Origin: an uncultured Planctomycetales bacterium | Lineage (GTDB): Bacteria > Omnitrophota > Gorgyraeia > Zapsychrales > GWA2-47-8 | Assembly (NCBI GenBank): GCA_964359575.1 | Contig: CAYHTV010000003.1 | Location: 1 to 45,171, forward strand | DNA: 45,171 bases | Direction of reading: 5' to 3' | Part shown: piece after piece, positions 1 through 10,395 of the stretch | Position numbering within the stretch: the stretch's first letter is position 1 | How the letters are laid out: each line of letters opens with the position of its first letter | Position numbers and translations under genes: made by a program | Notes under the pieces: generated by a model | What the model saw: the letters and a program-made list of their open reading frames with translations, nothing else | The model's database searches: none | What the model was told of the DNA's origin: nothing

Positions 1-50
1 TCCTCAATGATAAATCCAAATTTTTTTCTTTAGTTGTACAAAGGCCCATA
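1..50 (+). mobile_element. Element A (103-bp MITE-like), right-hand 50 nt, truncated by window start
   Basis: Identical to the last 50 nt of the copy at 6256-6358 (tcctcaatgataaatcc...tacaaaggcccata). Confidence 0.9.
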
Positions 51-105
51 AAATAATAGAATAATTTTTATTTTTTTAAGCGAGCAAATGTCGGTATTGG
101 CTACC

Positions 106-228
106 AGATAGTGTCGGAAAACCCTCCCGGTGTCATTGCGAGGAGCGTAGCGACGAAGCAATCCAGGAAAGATTGCTTCGCAAAAAACGCTCGCAATGAC
201 ACTGAAAGGAGATTTTCCGACACTATCT
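106..228. repeat. Nested palindromic element: outer 16-bp inverted repeat enclosing a REP-like double hairpin
   Basis: agatagtgtcggaaaa (106-121)/ttttccgacactatct (213-228); inner gtgtcattgcgag (130-142)/ctcgcaatgacac (190-202); cgaagcaatc (154-163)/gattgcttcg (171-180); ACC on both flanks. Confidence 0.8.
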
Positions 229-253
229 ACCACTCAATACAGGAAAGTGAATA

Positions 254-2824
254 ATGCCTGCAGCGAAGTTGTTTTTAATTGATGCTCATGCACTGTGCTA
301 CCGGTCTTATTTTGCTATCCGCGGTTTGACAACGAGCAAAGGGCAGGCCACCAATGCTATCTATGGCTTTGTCAGTACCTTGCGCAAAATCCTGCGTGAG
401 TACAAGCCGCGGTACACGGCGGTGTGTTTTGATGTGGGCAAGAAAACCCACCGGCAGGAAAAATTTGCGGCTTATAAAATTCAGCGGCCGACCATGCCGG
501 ACGATTTGATTAGCCAGATTCCTATTATCAAAAAGATTGTGGAAGCTTATCATCTGCCGGTTTTTGAGTGCGCAGGCTTTGAGGCGGATGATGTGATTGC
601 AACCATCGTGCATCAGGTTTCCAAAAGTGATTTGGATATTGTCATTGTCAGCGATGACAAGGATATGTACCAGCTGATGAGTGAAAATGTCAAAATTTTC
701 AGCGTCCGTAAGGATACGATGCTGGACTACAACCAAGCCCAGGAGCAGTTGGGCATCGCGCCCGAGCGCATCGTTGATTTCATCGGTTTAGCGGGGGATG
801 CCAGCGATAATATCCCGGGGGTTAACGGAATTGGGGAAGTCACGGCTAAATTGTTAGTTAAGGAATATGGAAAGTTGGAAAATATTTTTTCCCATCTCGA
901 CACAATAAAATCCGTTAAGGTAAAAGAAAAACTCAGCGAACAAAAGGCTGCTGCGTTATTCAGCCGCGAATTATCGCTTTTAGAAACCCAAGTGCCGATC
1001 CATTTTCAACTGCAGGATACGGAAGTTAAAGCACCCGATCCACAGAGGCTTTTTGAATTATTTAAAGAATTAGAATTCCGTAAATTTGCCGAGGAATTCT
1101 CTGGGACGGTATCGGAAAGCGCCCGTGTTGAGGTCAAGGCGATTGCGTCATCGGCCGAGGCGCGGGCCTTAGTCAGTGTCATACAAAAGGCTGGGGAATG
1201 TTCTGTACTTTTTGACGGCGGTCCGGCGGATTCTCTTTTCAGAGGGATGATGCTCTGCGCGCAAGGGAGTATGTATCAAGTTGCGGATGGCTGTGTAGCT
1301 GATTTAAAAATGATTTTTGAAGATACTACTGTCTTAAAAGTGACTCACAATATTAAGGAAGTGATGAAAACCCTGGCGGACAAGGGGATATCCCTCAAGG
1401 GGAAGATGTTTGATGTGATGCTTGCGGGGTATCTTTTAGATCCGGCAAAGTTGTCCTACACAGTGGAATCCTTGGCGTGGGAGTATTTGAAATTTTCGCC
1501 TTCTGTGCAGCCGCGGCTTGCGTTGGAAGTTAAATGCCTCGCGCAATTATATCCCATCCTCTCAAAACAGCTGGAAGACAAAGAGCTTTTTAAATTATTT
1601 ACTGAGATTGAAATGCCGCTCGCGTATGTTTTATTCCGTATGGAAACGGCCGGCGTCAAATTGGACATGGGCTTGCTTAAGAATTTGGCAAAAGAAATCG
1701 AAAAAAACATATCTTCGCTCGAAGAGCGGCTGTACAAAATAGCCGGCACGACTTTTAACCTCAATTCGCCCAAGCAGCTCAGCCAAGTTTTGTTTGAAAG
1801 ATTAAAGCTGCCTGTGATGAAGAAAACCAAGACAGGTTTCTCAACGGACGAAGAGGTCTTAACGAAATTAGCCGCCCGGCATGAACTGCCCGCGCTTCTT
1901 TTAGAGTTTCGCCAATTGGCAAAATTGAAATCAACTTATATCGATGCCCTGCCCAAATTGGTGGATGCGAAAACGGGGAGGCTGCATGCCTATTTTAATC
2001 AAGTGGGGACTGAGACTGGGCGGTTGAGCTCCAACAATCCTAATCTTCAGAACATTCCTATCCGTACCGAATTGGGGCGTGAAATCCGCAAAACATTTAT
2101 TGCTTCGAGCAAAAATCACGTGATTATCGCGGCGGATTATTCACAGATTGAGTTAAGAATTTTGGCACATCTTTCGCAAGATAAGAATTTGGCCGAGGCC
2201 TTCCGAAAAGGGGAAGATATTCATCAGTTTACCGCCGCGTTAATTTTTGATGTTCCCGAAAAAGCGGTGACGGATAAAATGCGCGATGCCGCTAAACGTG
2301 TCAATTTTGGGATCAGTTACGGGATGAGCGCTTACGGTTTAGCAAAGGATCTCAATGTGCCCGTGGCCGAGGCGCAGGATTTTATTGATAAATATTTTTT
2401 GCGCTATCCGAATGTCAAAAAGTTCATGGATCAGGAAATCGAAAAATGCCGGGACAAAGGTTATGTTGTGACTCTGCTGAATCGCCGCCGGTATATTCCG
2501 GAAATTCATAATTCCAATATCGTTATGAGGCAATTTGCCGAGCGCCAGGCCATCAATACCCCAGTTCAGGGATCAGCGGCGGATCTGTTAAAGCTGGCGA
2601 TGATCAATATTCAGCGAGAATTGGAAAAGCGGAAATTCCATTCGCAGATGATTATGACAATTCACGATGAATTGGTTTTTGATGTCCCCATCACCGAGAA
2701 AGCGGAAATGATCCAATTGATCGAGCGAGAGATGGAACATGCGGTAAAATTATCGGTCCCGATTAAGGTGAGTGTGAAGATGGGGAATAACTGGCTGCAG
2801 ACGAAAGGGATGGCAGAACGATGA
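254..2824 (+). CDS. polA: DNA polymerase I
   Basis: N-terminal 5'-3' exonuclease (LIDAHAL, EADDVIAT, GDASDNIPGV); polymerase motifs TGRLSSNNPNLQNIP, ADYSQIELR, AKRVNFGISYG, IHDELVF. Confidence 0.98.
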   Translation: MPAAKLFLIDAHALCYRSYFAIRGLTTSKGQATNAIYGFVSTLRKILREYKPRYTAVCFDVGKKTHRQEKFAAYKIQRPTMPDDLISQIPIIKKIVEAYHLPVFECAGFEADDVIATIVHQVSKSDLDIVIVSDDKDMYQLMSENVKIFSVRKDTMLDYNQAQEQLGIAPERIVDFIGLAGDASDNIPGVNGIGEVTAKLLVKEYGKLENIFSHLDTIKSVKVKEKLSEQKAAALFSRELSLLETQVPIHFQLQDTEVKAPDPQRLFELFKELEFRKFAEEFSGTVSESARVEVKAIASSAEARALVSVIQKAGECSVLFDGGPADSLFRGMMLCAQGSMYQVADGCVADLKMIFEDTTVLKVTHNIKEVMKTLADKGISLKGKMFDVMLAGYLLDPAKLSYTVESLAWEYLKFSPSVQPRLALEVKCLAQLYPILSKQLEDKELFKLFTEIEMPLAYVLFRMETAGVKLDMGLLKNLAKEIEKNISSLEERLYKIAGTTFNLNSPKQLSQVLFERLKLPVMKKTKTGFSTDEEVLTKLAARHELPALLLEFRQLAKLKSTYIDALPKLVDAKTGRLHAYFNQVGTETGRLSSNNPNLQNIPIRTELGREIRKTFIASSKNHVIIAADYSQIELRILAHLSQDKNLAEAFRKGEDIHQFTAALIFDVPEKAVTDKMRDAAKRVNFGISYGMSAYGLAKDLNVPVAEAQDFIDKYFLRYPNVKKFMDQEIEKCRDKGYVVTLLNRRRYIPEIHNSNIVMRQFAERQAINTPVQGSAADLLKLAMINIQRELEKRKFHSQMIMTIHDELVFDVPITEKAEMIQLIEREMEHAVKLSVPIKVSVKMGNNWLQTKGMAER

Positions 2825-4233
2825 GGATTGCCCTCTGTGCCGCTGAGGTTGTACCGTTTGTCAAGACGGGCGGGCTCGCCGATGTCGCGGGAACGCTGCC
2901 GCTGGCCTTGGAAAAGTTGGGCGAAGAAGTGGTTGTTTTTTTGCCCGGATACAAGAATATTGCAGTGGAAAATGGTAAAAAGAAGAAAGTCGGCGATGGT
3001 ATTTCCACAACCACCATCGGCAGAAATATTCCAGTGTATTTCATTGAGAATGACGAGTTGTACCATCGGAATGGCTTATATGGGGATAGCGGCGGTGATT
3101 ACCCTGATAATTTAGAACGTTTTCAATTTTTCTGCTGGAAGATTTTAAAAGTTTTAAAGCAGTTGAAAATTCCTGTGGATATTGTTCATTGCCATGATTG
3201 GCAGACAGGTTTGCTCCCAGCGTATTTGAAGTCTGTATATCATGCGGACCCATTTTTTCAAAGAACCAAGTCCGTGATGACCATTCATAACCTTGCCTAT
3301 CAAGGAGTATTTCCCAAAGCGGGATTTTCTAAATTAGGATTGGATAAAAAATTATTCTCCGCGGAAGGTTTTGAATTTTATGATCAAATAAATTTTTTAA
3401 AGGGTGGAATTATTTTTAGCGACTCTGTGACGACCGTGAGTCCGCAGTATGCCAAGGAAATTAAAATGGTAAAGTTCGGCTGCGGCCTGGAAGGGGTTTT
3501 GCAGCATCATAAAAGCGATGTTGTGGGGATCCTCAATGGATTGGATTATGCGACATGGAACCCAGAGACCGATCCGCTTATTGCCGAGCAATTTTCCGCG
3601 GAACATATCCACAAAAAATATCGCAATAAACAGAAACTGCAAGAGCAGTCCTCTCTGCCGGTCAAAGAAAGCGTTCCGATTTTTTGTTATGTGGGCCGTT
3701 TAGTCCATCAGAAGGGTTTCGATCTTTTGGCCGATGCGATTGAGGAGTTGATGAAAATGGATTTGCAGTTGGTTATTTTAGGCGTAGGCGAAGAAAAATA
3801 TCATACATTGCTTAATAGACTCATTGTTCAGTATCCAAATAAAATAGCCGGCCATTTAGAATTCAGCGAGTCTATGGCGCATCAGGTTTATGCGGGCTCA
3901 GATTTATTTTTGATGCCGTCTTGGTATGAGCCGTGCGGTTTGAGCCAAATGATTAGCCTGCGCTATGGAGCGATTCCGGTCGCGCATAAAACAGGCGGAT
4001 TAGCCGATACGATTGTCCCTTTTGATTTTTCTAAACGGCAGGGAAACGGATTTCTTTTTGAGGACTACCTCGTGGAAGATTTAGTGGCGGCGGTAAAAAA
4101 CGCGGTGAGTGTTTATCACGATAAAGACATTTTTCATCAGCTTATCACCAATGCCATGAAGCTGCGCTTTGCGTGGGATGATTCTGCCAAACAATATCAA
4201 AAGGTTTTTAAGCGATGCTTAGCGTTGGGATAA
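2821..4233 (+). CDS. glgA: Glycogen synthase
   Basis: KTGGLADV ADP-glucose motif, HCHDWQTG, TIHNLAYQG, EPCGLSQ. Confidence 0.96.
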   Translation: MRIALCAAEVVPFVKTGGLADVAGTLPLALEKLGEEVVVFLPGYKNIAVENGKKKKVGDGISTTTIGRNIPVYFIENDELYHRNGLYGDSGGDYPDNLERFQFFCWKILKVLKQLKIPVDIVHCHDWQTGLLPAYLKSVYHADPFFQRTKSVMTIHNLAYQGVFPKAGFSKLGLDKKLFSAEGFEFYDQINFLKGGIIFSDSVTTVSPQYAKEIKMVKFGCGLEGVLQHHKSDVVGILNGLDYATWNPETDPLIAEQFSAEHIHKKYRNKQKLQEQSSLPVKESVPIFCYVGRLVHQKGFDLLADAIEELMKMDLQLVILGVGEEKYHTLLNRLIVQYPNKIAGHLEFSESMAHQVYAGSDLFLMPSWYEPCGLSQMISLRYGAIPVAHKTGGLADTIVPFDFSKRQGNGFLFEDYLVEDLVAAVKNAVSVYHDKDIFHQLITNAMKLRFAWDDSAKQYQKVFKRCLALG

Positions 4234-4832
4234 CAGGAAGTTTTGGCACGGGAAAAAGTACGGTTGCTTGGATGTTCGCACGCCAAGGGGCTAAGGTCTT
4301 GGATGCGGATGAAATAGTCCATGAGCTGATGGCGCCCCGTGGAAAATGTTTTAAAGCCGTGCTCCGGCAATTTGGCCCAGGGATATTGCAGCACGGACGC
4401 ATTGATCGAAAAAAGCTGGCTGGACTTGTTTTTGCCGATCCAGATAAATTAAAAAAACTTGAAAATATCATTCATCCCGCTGTCAAACGAGAAATTCAAC
4501 AAAGGCTTAAGGAACTTGCAAAGCACACAGAGAATAGAATTGTCGCGGTTGAGGTGCCGCTGTTGCTGGAAGCGGGTTGGACCCATCTCGTGGACTGTGT
4601 GATTGTGGTTACAGCCAATCGATCAGCGCAATTGAAACGTATTCAATCGCGCCAGCGTATGGTGAAGGAAGAAATTTTCCGGCGGATTCAGTCCCAGATG
4701 CCGCTTAAAGAAAAAATCAAAATGGCTGATTTTGTCGTTGACAATTCAAGGGATTTGCGAAAGACGAAGAATCAGGTGAAAAATATATGGGAACATCTGG
4801 TAAAAAATAATTTTAAAAACATTAATCGATGA
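4215..4832 (+). CDS. coaE: Dephospho-CoA kinase
   Basis: GITGSFGTGKS P-loop, DADEIVH, IIHPAV, EVPLLLE. Confidence 0.95.
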   Translation: MLSVGITGSFGTGKSTVAWMFARQGAKVLDADEIVHELMAPRGKCFKAVLRQFGPGILQHGRIDRKKLAGLVFADPDKLKKLENIIHPAVKREIQQRLKELAKHTENRIVAVEVPLLLEAGWTHLVDCVIVVTANRSAQLKRIQSRQRMVKEEIFRRIQSQMPLKEKIKMADFVVDNSRDLRKTKNQVKNIWEHLVKNNFKNINR

Positions 4833-4843
4833 GGTGAACGGAT

Positions 4844-6220
4844 ATGCCAAGAATAAATTCAAAAGACAAAGTAAGAATCAATCAGGAGGAAGAAGCCATG
4901 GAAAACGGAAGTGCTAAAACAGCCGATAAGGAGAGAGTCCCTTCGGTCAAATCAGCTGATCGCGAGAATCAGCTGGATATTACTAAATTAAAGGATATGA
5001 AAATATCCGAGCTCAACAAGACCGCCAAGGATATGGGTATCGACGGGTTGAGTGGCATTAAAAAGCAGGATTTGATTTTTAAAATTCTGCAAAGTCAGGC
5101 GGAAAAAGAGGGCCTTATGTTCGGGGAGGGGACTCTCGAGATCCTCTCGGAAGGTTTTGGTTTCTTGCGCAGCGTGAATTACAATTATCTGCCGTGCCCG
5201 GATGATATTTATGTTTCTCCCTCACAAATCCGGCGGTTTGATTTGAAAACCGGCGACAGTGTCAGCGGCCATATCCGCCCGCCTAAAGATGGCGAGAAAT
5301 ACTTTGCGCTTTTGAAGGTTGAAGCGGTCAATTATGAAAATCCCGAGAAAGCGAAAGATAAAATTCTCTTCGACAATTTAACCCCGCTTTATCCGCAGGA
5401 GCGGATTGTTTTGGAGACAACGCAGAATGAGACATCAACGCGTATTATGGACATCATTACGCCCTTAGGCAAGGGGCAGCGCGCCTTAATCGTGGCCCCG
5501 CCTTATAGCGGGAAGACCGTCCTGCTGCAAAAAATTGCGAATTCCATCACGCAAAATAATCCGGATGTTATTTTGATGGTGCTGTTGATCGACGAACGGC
5601 CGGAAGAAGTCACGGATATGCAGCGGCACGTGAAGGGAGAGGTCATTGCCTCAACTTTCGATGAACCGGCGGAGCGGCACGTGCAGATTGCCGAAATTGT
5701 TTTGGAAAAGGCTAAGCGCCTCGTTGAACATAAAAGGGATGTGGTGATCCTTTTAGACAGCATTACCCGGTTGGCGCGGGCGTACAATACGGTTGTACCG
5801 CACAGCGGTAAAATTCTTTCTGGTGGCGTGGATTCCAACGCGCTGCATAAACCCAAGCGTTTTTTTGGGGCCGCGCGAGCGGTGGAAGAGGGTGGGAGCC
5901 TCACGATTATTGCCACCGCTTTGGTAGACACCGGCAGCCGCATGGACGAAGTTATTTTTGAGGAATTCAAAGGGACCGGCAATATGGAGTTGCAATTGGA
6001 TCGTAACTTATTCCAGCGCAGGATTTATCCGGCTATCGATATTAAACGCTCCAACACGCGCCATGAGGAGTTACTCGTAGGTAAAGACGAGTTGCAGAGG
6101 ATATGGCTGTTGCGCAAGGCTATCCATGATCTGAATTCGGCTGAGGCCATGGAGCTTTTGATCGATAAAGTTTCCAAATACAAGAGCAATAAAGAATTTT
6201 TTGACAATATGAATAAATAG
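4844..6220 (+). CDS. rho: Transcription termination factor Rho (start possibly 4898)
   Basis: [66 protein letters not shown]. Confidence 0.98.
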   Translation: MPRINSKDKVRINQEEEAMENGSAKTADKERVPSVKSADRENQLDITKLKDMKISELNKTAKDMGIDGLSGIKKQDLIFKILQSQAEKEGLMFGEGTLEILSEGFGFLRSVNYNYLPCPDDIYVSPSQIRRFDLKTGDSVSGHIRPPKDGEKYFALLKVEAVNYENPEKAKDKILFDNLTPLYPQERIVLETTQNETSTRIMDIITPLGKGQRALIVAPPYSGKTVLLQKIANSITQNNPDVILMVLLIDERPEEVTDMQRHVKGEVIASTFDEPAERHVQIAEIVLEKAKRLVEHKRDVVILLDSITRLARAYNTVVPHSGKILSGGVDSNALHKPKRFFGAARAVEEGGSLTIIATALVDTGSRMDEVIFEEFKGTGNMELQLDRNLFQRRIYPAIDIKRSNTRHEELLVGKDELQRIWLLRKAIHDLNSAEAMELLIDKVSKYKSNKEFFDNMNK

Positions 6221-6255
6221 CTTATAATTTATCCTCTATTAATTGAGGATTCTCT

Positions 6256-6358
6256 TATTGACCTTTGTAGAACCAAAAGAATTGAGGTAGTCAATATTGG
6301 CCTTTGTCTCCTCAATGATAAATCCAAATTTTTTTCTTTAGTTGTACAAAGGCCCATA
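6256..6358 (+). mobile_element. Element A, 103-bp MITE-like repeat (length includes both flanking TA)
   Basis: Imperfect terminal inverted repeats tattgacctttgtagaacc / agttgtacaaaggcccata; near-identical copies elsewhere in the window. Confidence 0.85.
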
Positions 6359-6376
6359 AGATGACAAGGAGTCAAA

Positions 6377-6586
6377 ATGAAAGATAAAATTCACCCAACT
6401 TATGAAGAAACAACAATCACGTGTGCGTGCGGTGAGGTGATTCACACCCGATCCACGCGGAAAAATATCCGTGTGGAAATTTGTTCAAAGTGCCATCCCT
6501 TTTTCACCGGTGATAAGAAATTCGTTGATACCGCAGGACGCATTGAGCGGTTCTCTCGACGCTATCAGCCGCCCAAAAAAGCTTAA
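6377..6586 (+). CDS. rpmE: 50S ribosomal protein L31 (Zn-binding type)
   Basis: [32 protein letters not shown]; SD aaggag. Confidence 0.97.
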   Translation: MKDKIHPTYEETTITCACGEVIHTRSTRKNIRVEICSKCHPFFTGDKKFVDTAGRIERFSRRYQPPKKA

Positions 6587-6589
6587 ACG

Positions 6590-7660
6590 ATGCTTGATAA
6601 GCTGGAAAAAATTGAGAAACGCTACCGGGAATTAGAGACCCAATTGGCGGATGCCAAAATTATTTCCGATCAGGGTCAGTACCAAAAGTTAGTGAAAGAA
6701 TACGCCAGCTTGACCCCCACCATCGAGGCCTTCAGCGAGTACCGCGAGACCCAAAGCCAAATCACCGAGCTTATCTATCTTCTTAAAGATAAACATGACA
6801 AGGATTTTGAAGAATTGGCCAAGGCGGAGTTAGAGGAGCTGCAAGCCCGTCAACACGCTTTAACCGCTACATTAGATATTCTCCTTCATCCACGAGAAGA
6901 AGACAAAGATCAAAATGTGATTTTTGAAATCCGCGCTGGGACCGGCGGCCAAGAGGCCAGCCTTTTTGCCGCTGATCTATACCGTATGTACAGCAAATAT
7001 GCGGATAAAAGGGGCTGGAAATTTGAATTATTGAGCAGCCATCCCTCGGAGGCCGGCGGATTTAAGGAAATTATTTTTAGTATCGGCGGGTCTGGTGCTT
7101 CGCGGACTTTAAAATGGGAAGGCGGTGTCCATCGTGTGCAGCGCGTTCCAACGACTGAGGCCTCGGGCCGGATTCACACCTCAGCGGCCACAGTAGCGAT
7201 TCTTCCCGAACCGGAAGAGGTTGAAATCAACATAGATTCCAAAGATTTGAAAATTGATGTGTTCCGTTCTTCGGGGCCGGGTGGACAAAGTGTTAACACA
7301 ACGGATTCTGCAGTCCGATTAACCCATATCCCAACGGGGATGGTCGTGGTGTGCCAGGATGAGCGATCGCAGTTAAAGAATAAAATTAAGGCTATGCGTG
7401 TTTTGCGCGCGCGGTTAAACGATAAAATCAAACAAGAAAATTTCGAAAAGACTTCCAAAGACCGCAAGGCCATGGTCGGCACCGGGGATCGCAGTGAAAA
7501 AATCCGCACTTACAATTTTCCCGATCGGCGGGTGACGGACCACCGCATTGGGTTTACGACTCACCAATTGATGAGTTTACTGGATGGAGAATTGGACGAA
7601 CTTATGGAAGCTCTGATGAAGGCGGAACGCAGCGCTCAAACCGGAGCAAAATCTCCATGA
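6590..7660 (+). CDS. prfA: Peptide chain release factor 1
   Basis: GGQ motif (GPGGQSVN), HRVQRVPTT (PxT), EKIRTYNF. Confidence 0.97.
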   Translation: MLDKLEKIEKRYRELETQLADAKIISDQGQYQKLVKEYASLTPTIEAFSEYRETQSQITELIYLLKDKHDKDFEELAKAELEELQARQHALTATLDILLHPREEDKDQNVIFEIRAGTGGQEASLFAADLYRMYSKYADKRGWKFELLSSHPSEAGGFKEIIFSIGGSGASRTLKWEGGVHRVQRVPTTEASGRIHTSAATVAILPEPEEVEINIDSKDLKIDVFRSSGPGGQSVNTTDSAVRLTHIPTGMVVVCQDERSQLKNKIKAMRVLRARLNDKIKQENFEKTSKDRKAMVGTGDRSEKIRTYNFPDRRVTDHRIGFTTHQLMSLLDGELDELMEALMKAERSAQTGAKSP

Positions 7661-8472
7661 CCGAGCAAGAACTCATGTTAACTTCTATCTTGGAATGCGA
7701 GCGCGTTGACTTATACGTGGATCATCCTGTCCTTTCGCCGTCGCAAAAACAGCGCCTGCAAGAAATGCGCATCTCCCGGCAGAGGGGTGAGCCGTTGCAG
7801 TATATTCTTGGCTCGAGTGAGTTTATGGGGTTAAAATTGAAAGTAGATCAGCGTGTCTTAATCCCTCGGCCGGAAACGGAATTGCTGGTTGAGGCAGTGA
7901 TCGAAAAGATTAAATTATTTTTTCAAAGGAAAAGTTTGCAGATTTTAGATCTGGGAACAGGGTCTGGCAATGTCGCGATCAGTTTAGCGAAATTTGTTGA
8001 GCATTGTCAGGTCACAGCCATAGACATTTCCCAGGAAGCGATTGATGTAGCTTCGCAAAATGCTAAAGCGCAGCAGGTGGATCAGAAGATCCATTTTGTC
8101 TGCGCTGATATGGCCGATTATCTTCGCGAGCCGTGCACGACTCAAAGCACATTCGACATAATCATCTCGAATCCTCCCTATATTCCAACGGATCAACTTG
8201 CGTATCTGCCGCGCGATGTTCAGCGCGAGCCTCATCGAGCGCTGGATGGGGGGAGCGAAGGTATGGATTTTTACCGATTGATTTTGGCGCAGAGTAAATA
8301 TTTTTTAAACCATTCAGGATTTCTTTTTTTTGAAGTTGGAGATGGCCAGCGGGCGAAGTTAGAAAAACTATGTTCATCTTATGTCCCATTTGCTAAAATT
8401 GAATTCCATAAAGATTATGCTCAAACAGAGCGAATTATGATTTTAATAAATTTTTCCGATACGAAAGGTTAA
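7657..8472 (+). CDS. prmC: Release factor glutamine methyltransferase
   Basis: VLIPRPETE, LDLGTGSG, SNPPY; follows prfA. Confidence 0.95.
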   Translation: MTEQELMLTSILECERVDLYVDHPVLSPSQKQRLQEMRISRQRGEPLQYILGSSEFMGLKLKVDQRVLIPRPETELLVEAVIEKIKLFFQRKSLQILDLGTGSGNVAISLAKFVEHCQVTAIDISQEAIDVASQNAKAQQVDQKIHFVCADMADYLREPCTTQSTFDIIISNPPYIPTDQLAYLPRDVQREPHRALDGGSEGMDFYRLILAQSKYFLNHSGFLFFEVGDGQRAKLEKLCSSYVPFAKIEFHKDYAQTERIMILINFSDTKG

Positions 8473-8476
8473 AAAT

Positions 8477-9739
8477 ATGGACAAACTCGTGATCGAAGGT
8501 GGCCGGCCCCTTAAGGGTGAAGTTAAAATCAGCGGTTCCAAGAATGCGACCCTGCCAATTCTTGCCGCGACTCTTCTTACCGATGACGAATGCGTGATTC
8601 ATAACGTGCCCAAGCTGCGCGATACGCTTACGATGATTAAACTTTTGCGTTCGTTGGGGAAAAATGCCAATTTAGAGGGCGATACGATTACAGTTTCAAG
8701 CAAGGGAGCGATCAGCCATGTGGCAGATTATAAATTGGTTTCAACAATGCGCGGGTCATTTTGCGTTTTAGGACCGCTTTTGGCCAAGCTGCATCACGCC
8801 AAGGTTTCGTTGCCCGGCGGGTGTGTTATTGGCGTGCGGCCGGTGGATTTGCATATTAAGGGAATCCAGGCGTTGGGTGCCAAGACTGAAGTTGAAGGCG
8901 GATATGTGATTGCCAAAGCGGATAAATTGAAAGGCGCGCAGATCTATTTGGCAGGCGGACTGGGTTCATCAGTTTTGGCTACCGCGAATGTGATGATGGC
9001 GGCCGTTTTAGCCCAAGGCCAAACAGTTATTGAGTCCGCTTCCTGCGAACCTGAGATTGAAGAACTGGCAAATTTTCTCAATGAAATGGGCGCAAAGGTT
9101 CAGGGTCAGGGAAGCCCGCGGATTATTATTAATGGAGTAAAGCGGTTGTATGGCGCGGAGTTTCGCATTGGCTCGGATCGGATTGAAGCTGGAACATTTA
9201 TGATCTTGGCGGCGGCGCTGCGTAATTCTATTACCTTGCGCAACGTGCCATTTGCCCAGCTGATGGCTTTGGTGGACAAATTGCAAGAGGCCGGGGTAAC
9301 CATTGAAGAAAAGGGAAATGCCGTTAAGGTAAATTGCAAAAAACACTTGAAACCAACGAGTGTTACAACCTATCCGCATCCCGGTTTTCCAACGGATTTG
9401 CAGGCACAGTTCATGACTTTGATGGCGATGACGCCCGGGGTGAGTATTATCACCGATAAAGTTTTTCCCGATCGTTTTATCCATATCGCGGAAATGAATC
9501 GTATGGGCGCGAATATCCGCCGTGAAGGAATCAGTGCCGTTATCGAGGGCGTCAATGTGTTGTTCGGGGCGCCGGTCATGGCTTCGGATTTGCGCGCTTC
9601 CGCGGCGCTGGTCATAGCCGGTTTGGCGGCCAGAGGCAAGACTGAAATTCATCGCATTTATCATTTAGAACGCGGCTATGAAGAAATGGATGAAAAATTG
9701 AAAAGCCTCGGGGCGAAGGTGTATAGAGAAAAGGAATAG
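8477..9739 (+). CDS. murA: UDP-N-acetylglucosamine 1-carboxyvinyltransferase
   Basis: SGSKNATLP, PGGCVIGVRPVDLH, PGFPTDLQ, DLRASAAL. Confidence 0.97.
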   Translation: MDKLVIEGGRPLKGEVKISGSKNATLPILAATLLTDDECVIHNVPKLRDTLTMIKLLRSLGKNANLEGDTITVSSKGAISHVADYKLVSTMRGSFCVLGPLLAKLHHAKVSLPGGCVIGVRPVDLHIKGIQALGAKTEVEGGYVIAKADKLKGAQIYLAGGLGSSVLATANVMMAAVLAQGQTVIESASCEPEIEELANFLNEMGAKVQGQGSPRIIINGVKRLYGAEFRIGSDRIEAGTFMILAAALRNSITLRNVPFAQLMALVDKLQEAGVTIEEKGNAVKVNCKKHLKPTSVTTYPHPGFPTDLQAQFMTLMAMTPGVSIITDKVFPDRFIHIAEMNRMGANIRREGISAVIEGVNVLFGAPVMASDLRASAALVIAGLAARGKTEIHRIYHLERGYEEMDEKLKSLGAKVYREKE

Positions 9740-9741
9740 AG

Positions 9742-9805
9742 AACTCAAAAATCAAAACTCAAAAGTTAAAGCTGAAGTTTAGTTTTGAGTTTTGATTTTT
9801 AAGTT
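9742..9805. repeat. Periodic (about 7-nt) AT-rich inverted repeat, family C
   Basis: 23-bp arms aactcaaaaatcaaaactcaaaa / ttttgagttttgatttttaagtt with 1 mismatch. Confidence 0.8.
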
Positions 9806-9818
9806 TTAAGATCAAGTC

Positions 9819-10379
9819 ATGCTTTTAATTATCGACAATTATGATTCATTCACCTATAACCTCGTTCAATATTTTGGGGAACTAAAAGCTGATGTCAAGG
9901 TCTATCGCAATGACGCCATTAATCTTTCCCAAATCAAGAAATTAAAACCCTCGCGTATTGTGATTTCTCCCGGGCCTGGCCGGCCGGAAGATGCAGGTAT
10001 TTCCGTAGATATCATTAAAAGCTTTACCGGAAAAATTCCTATCCTCGGGGTATGCTTAGGCCATCAAGCGATTGGTTACGCTTATGGCGGAAATATCATT
10101 CATGCCAAACAGCTCATGCATGGCAAGACATCGCTCATTGAGCATAACCACCAGGATTTGTTCAAGGGCATTAAGAGCCCTTTTGCCGCCACCCGCTACC
10201 ACTCTTTGGTGATTGAGCGAAAAACCCTTCCTGCGGTTTTAGAAATTACCGCTTGGACGAAGGATCAAGAGATCATGGGTGTGCGGCATAAACAATTTCC
10301 ATTATGGGGGGTCCAGTTCCATCCTGAATCGATTTTGACCAATGTCGGCAAAGACATCCTGCGGAATTTTTTGAAGTAA
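9819..10379 (+). CDS. trpG: Anthranilate synthase component II / glutamine amidotransferase
   Basis: [35 protein letters not shown]. Confidence 0.93.
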   Translation: MLLIIDNYDSFTYNLVQYFGELKADVKVYRNDAINLSQIKKLKPSRIVISPGPGRPEDAGISVDIIKSFTGKIPILGVCLGHQAIGYAYGGNIIHAKQLMHGKTSLIEHNHQDLFKGIKSPFAATRYHSLVIERKTLPAVLEITAWTKDQEIMGVRHKQFPLWGVQFHPESILTNVGKDILRNFLK

Positions 10380-10395
10380 TTTCTTTAATCTTTCC

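Noticed and set aside
30-233. 67-aa ORF and other short ORFs made of repeat sequence (13442, 15742, 26603, 34972)
   Set aside because: Translations of elements A, B and the REP; no start signals or independent coding evidence
9008-9664. Long antisense ORFs inside housekeeping genes (for example opposite murA, rho and the M3 peptidase)
   Set aside because: Codon-bias shadows of well-supported + strand genes
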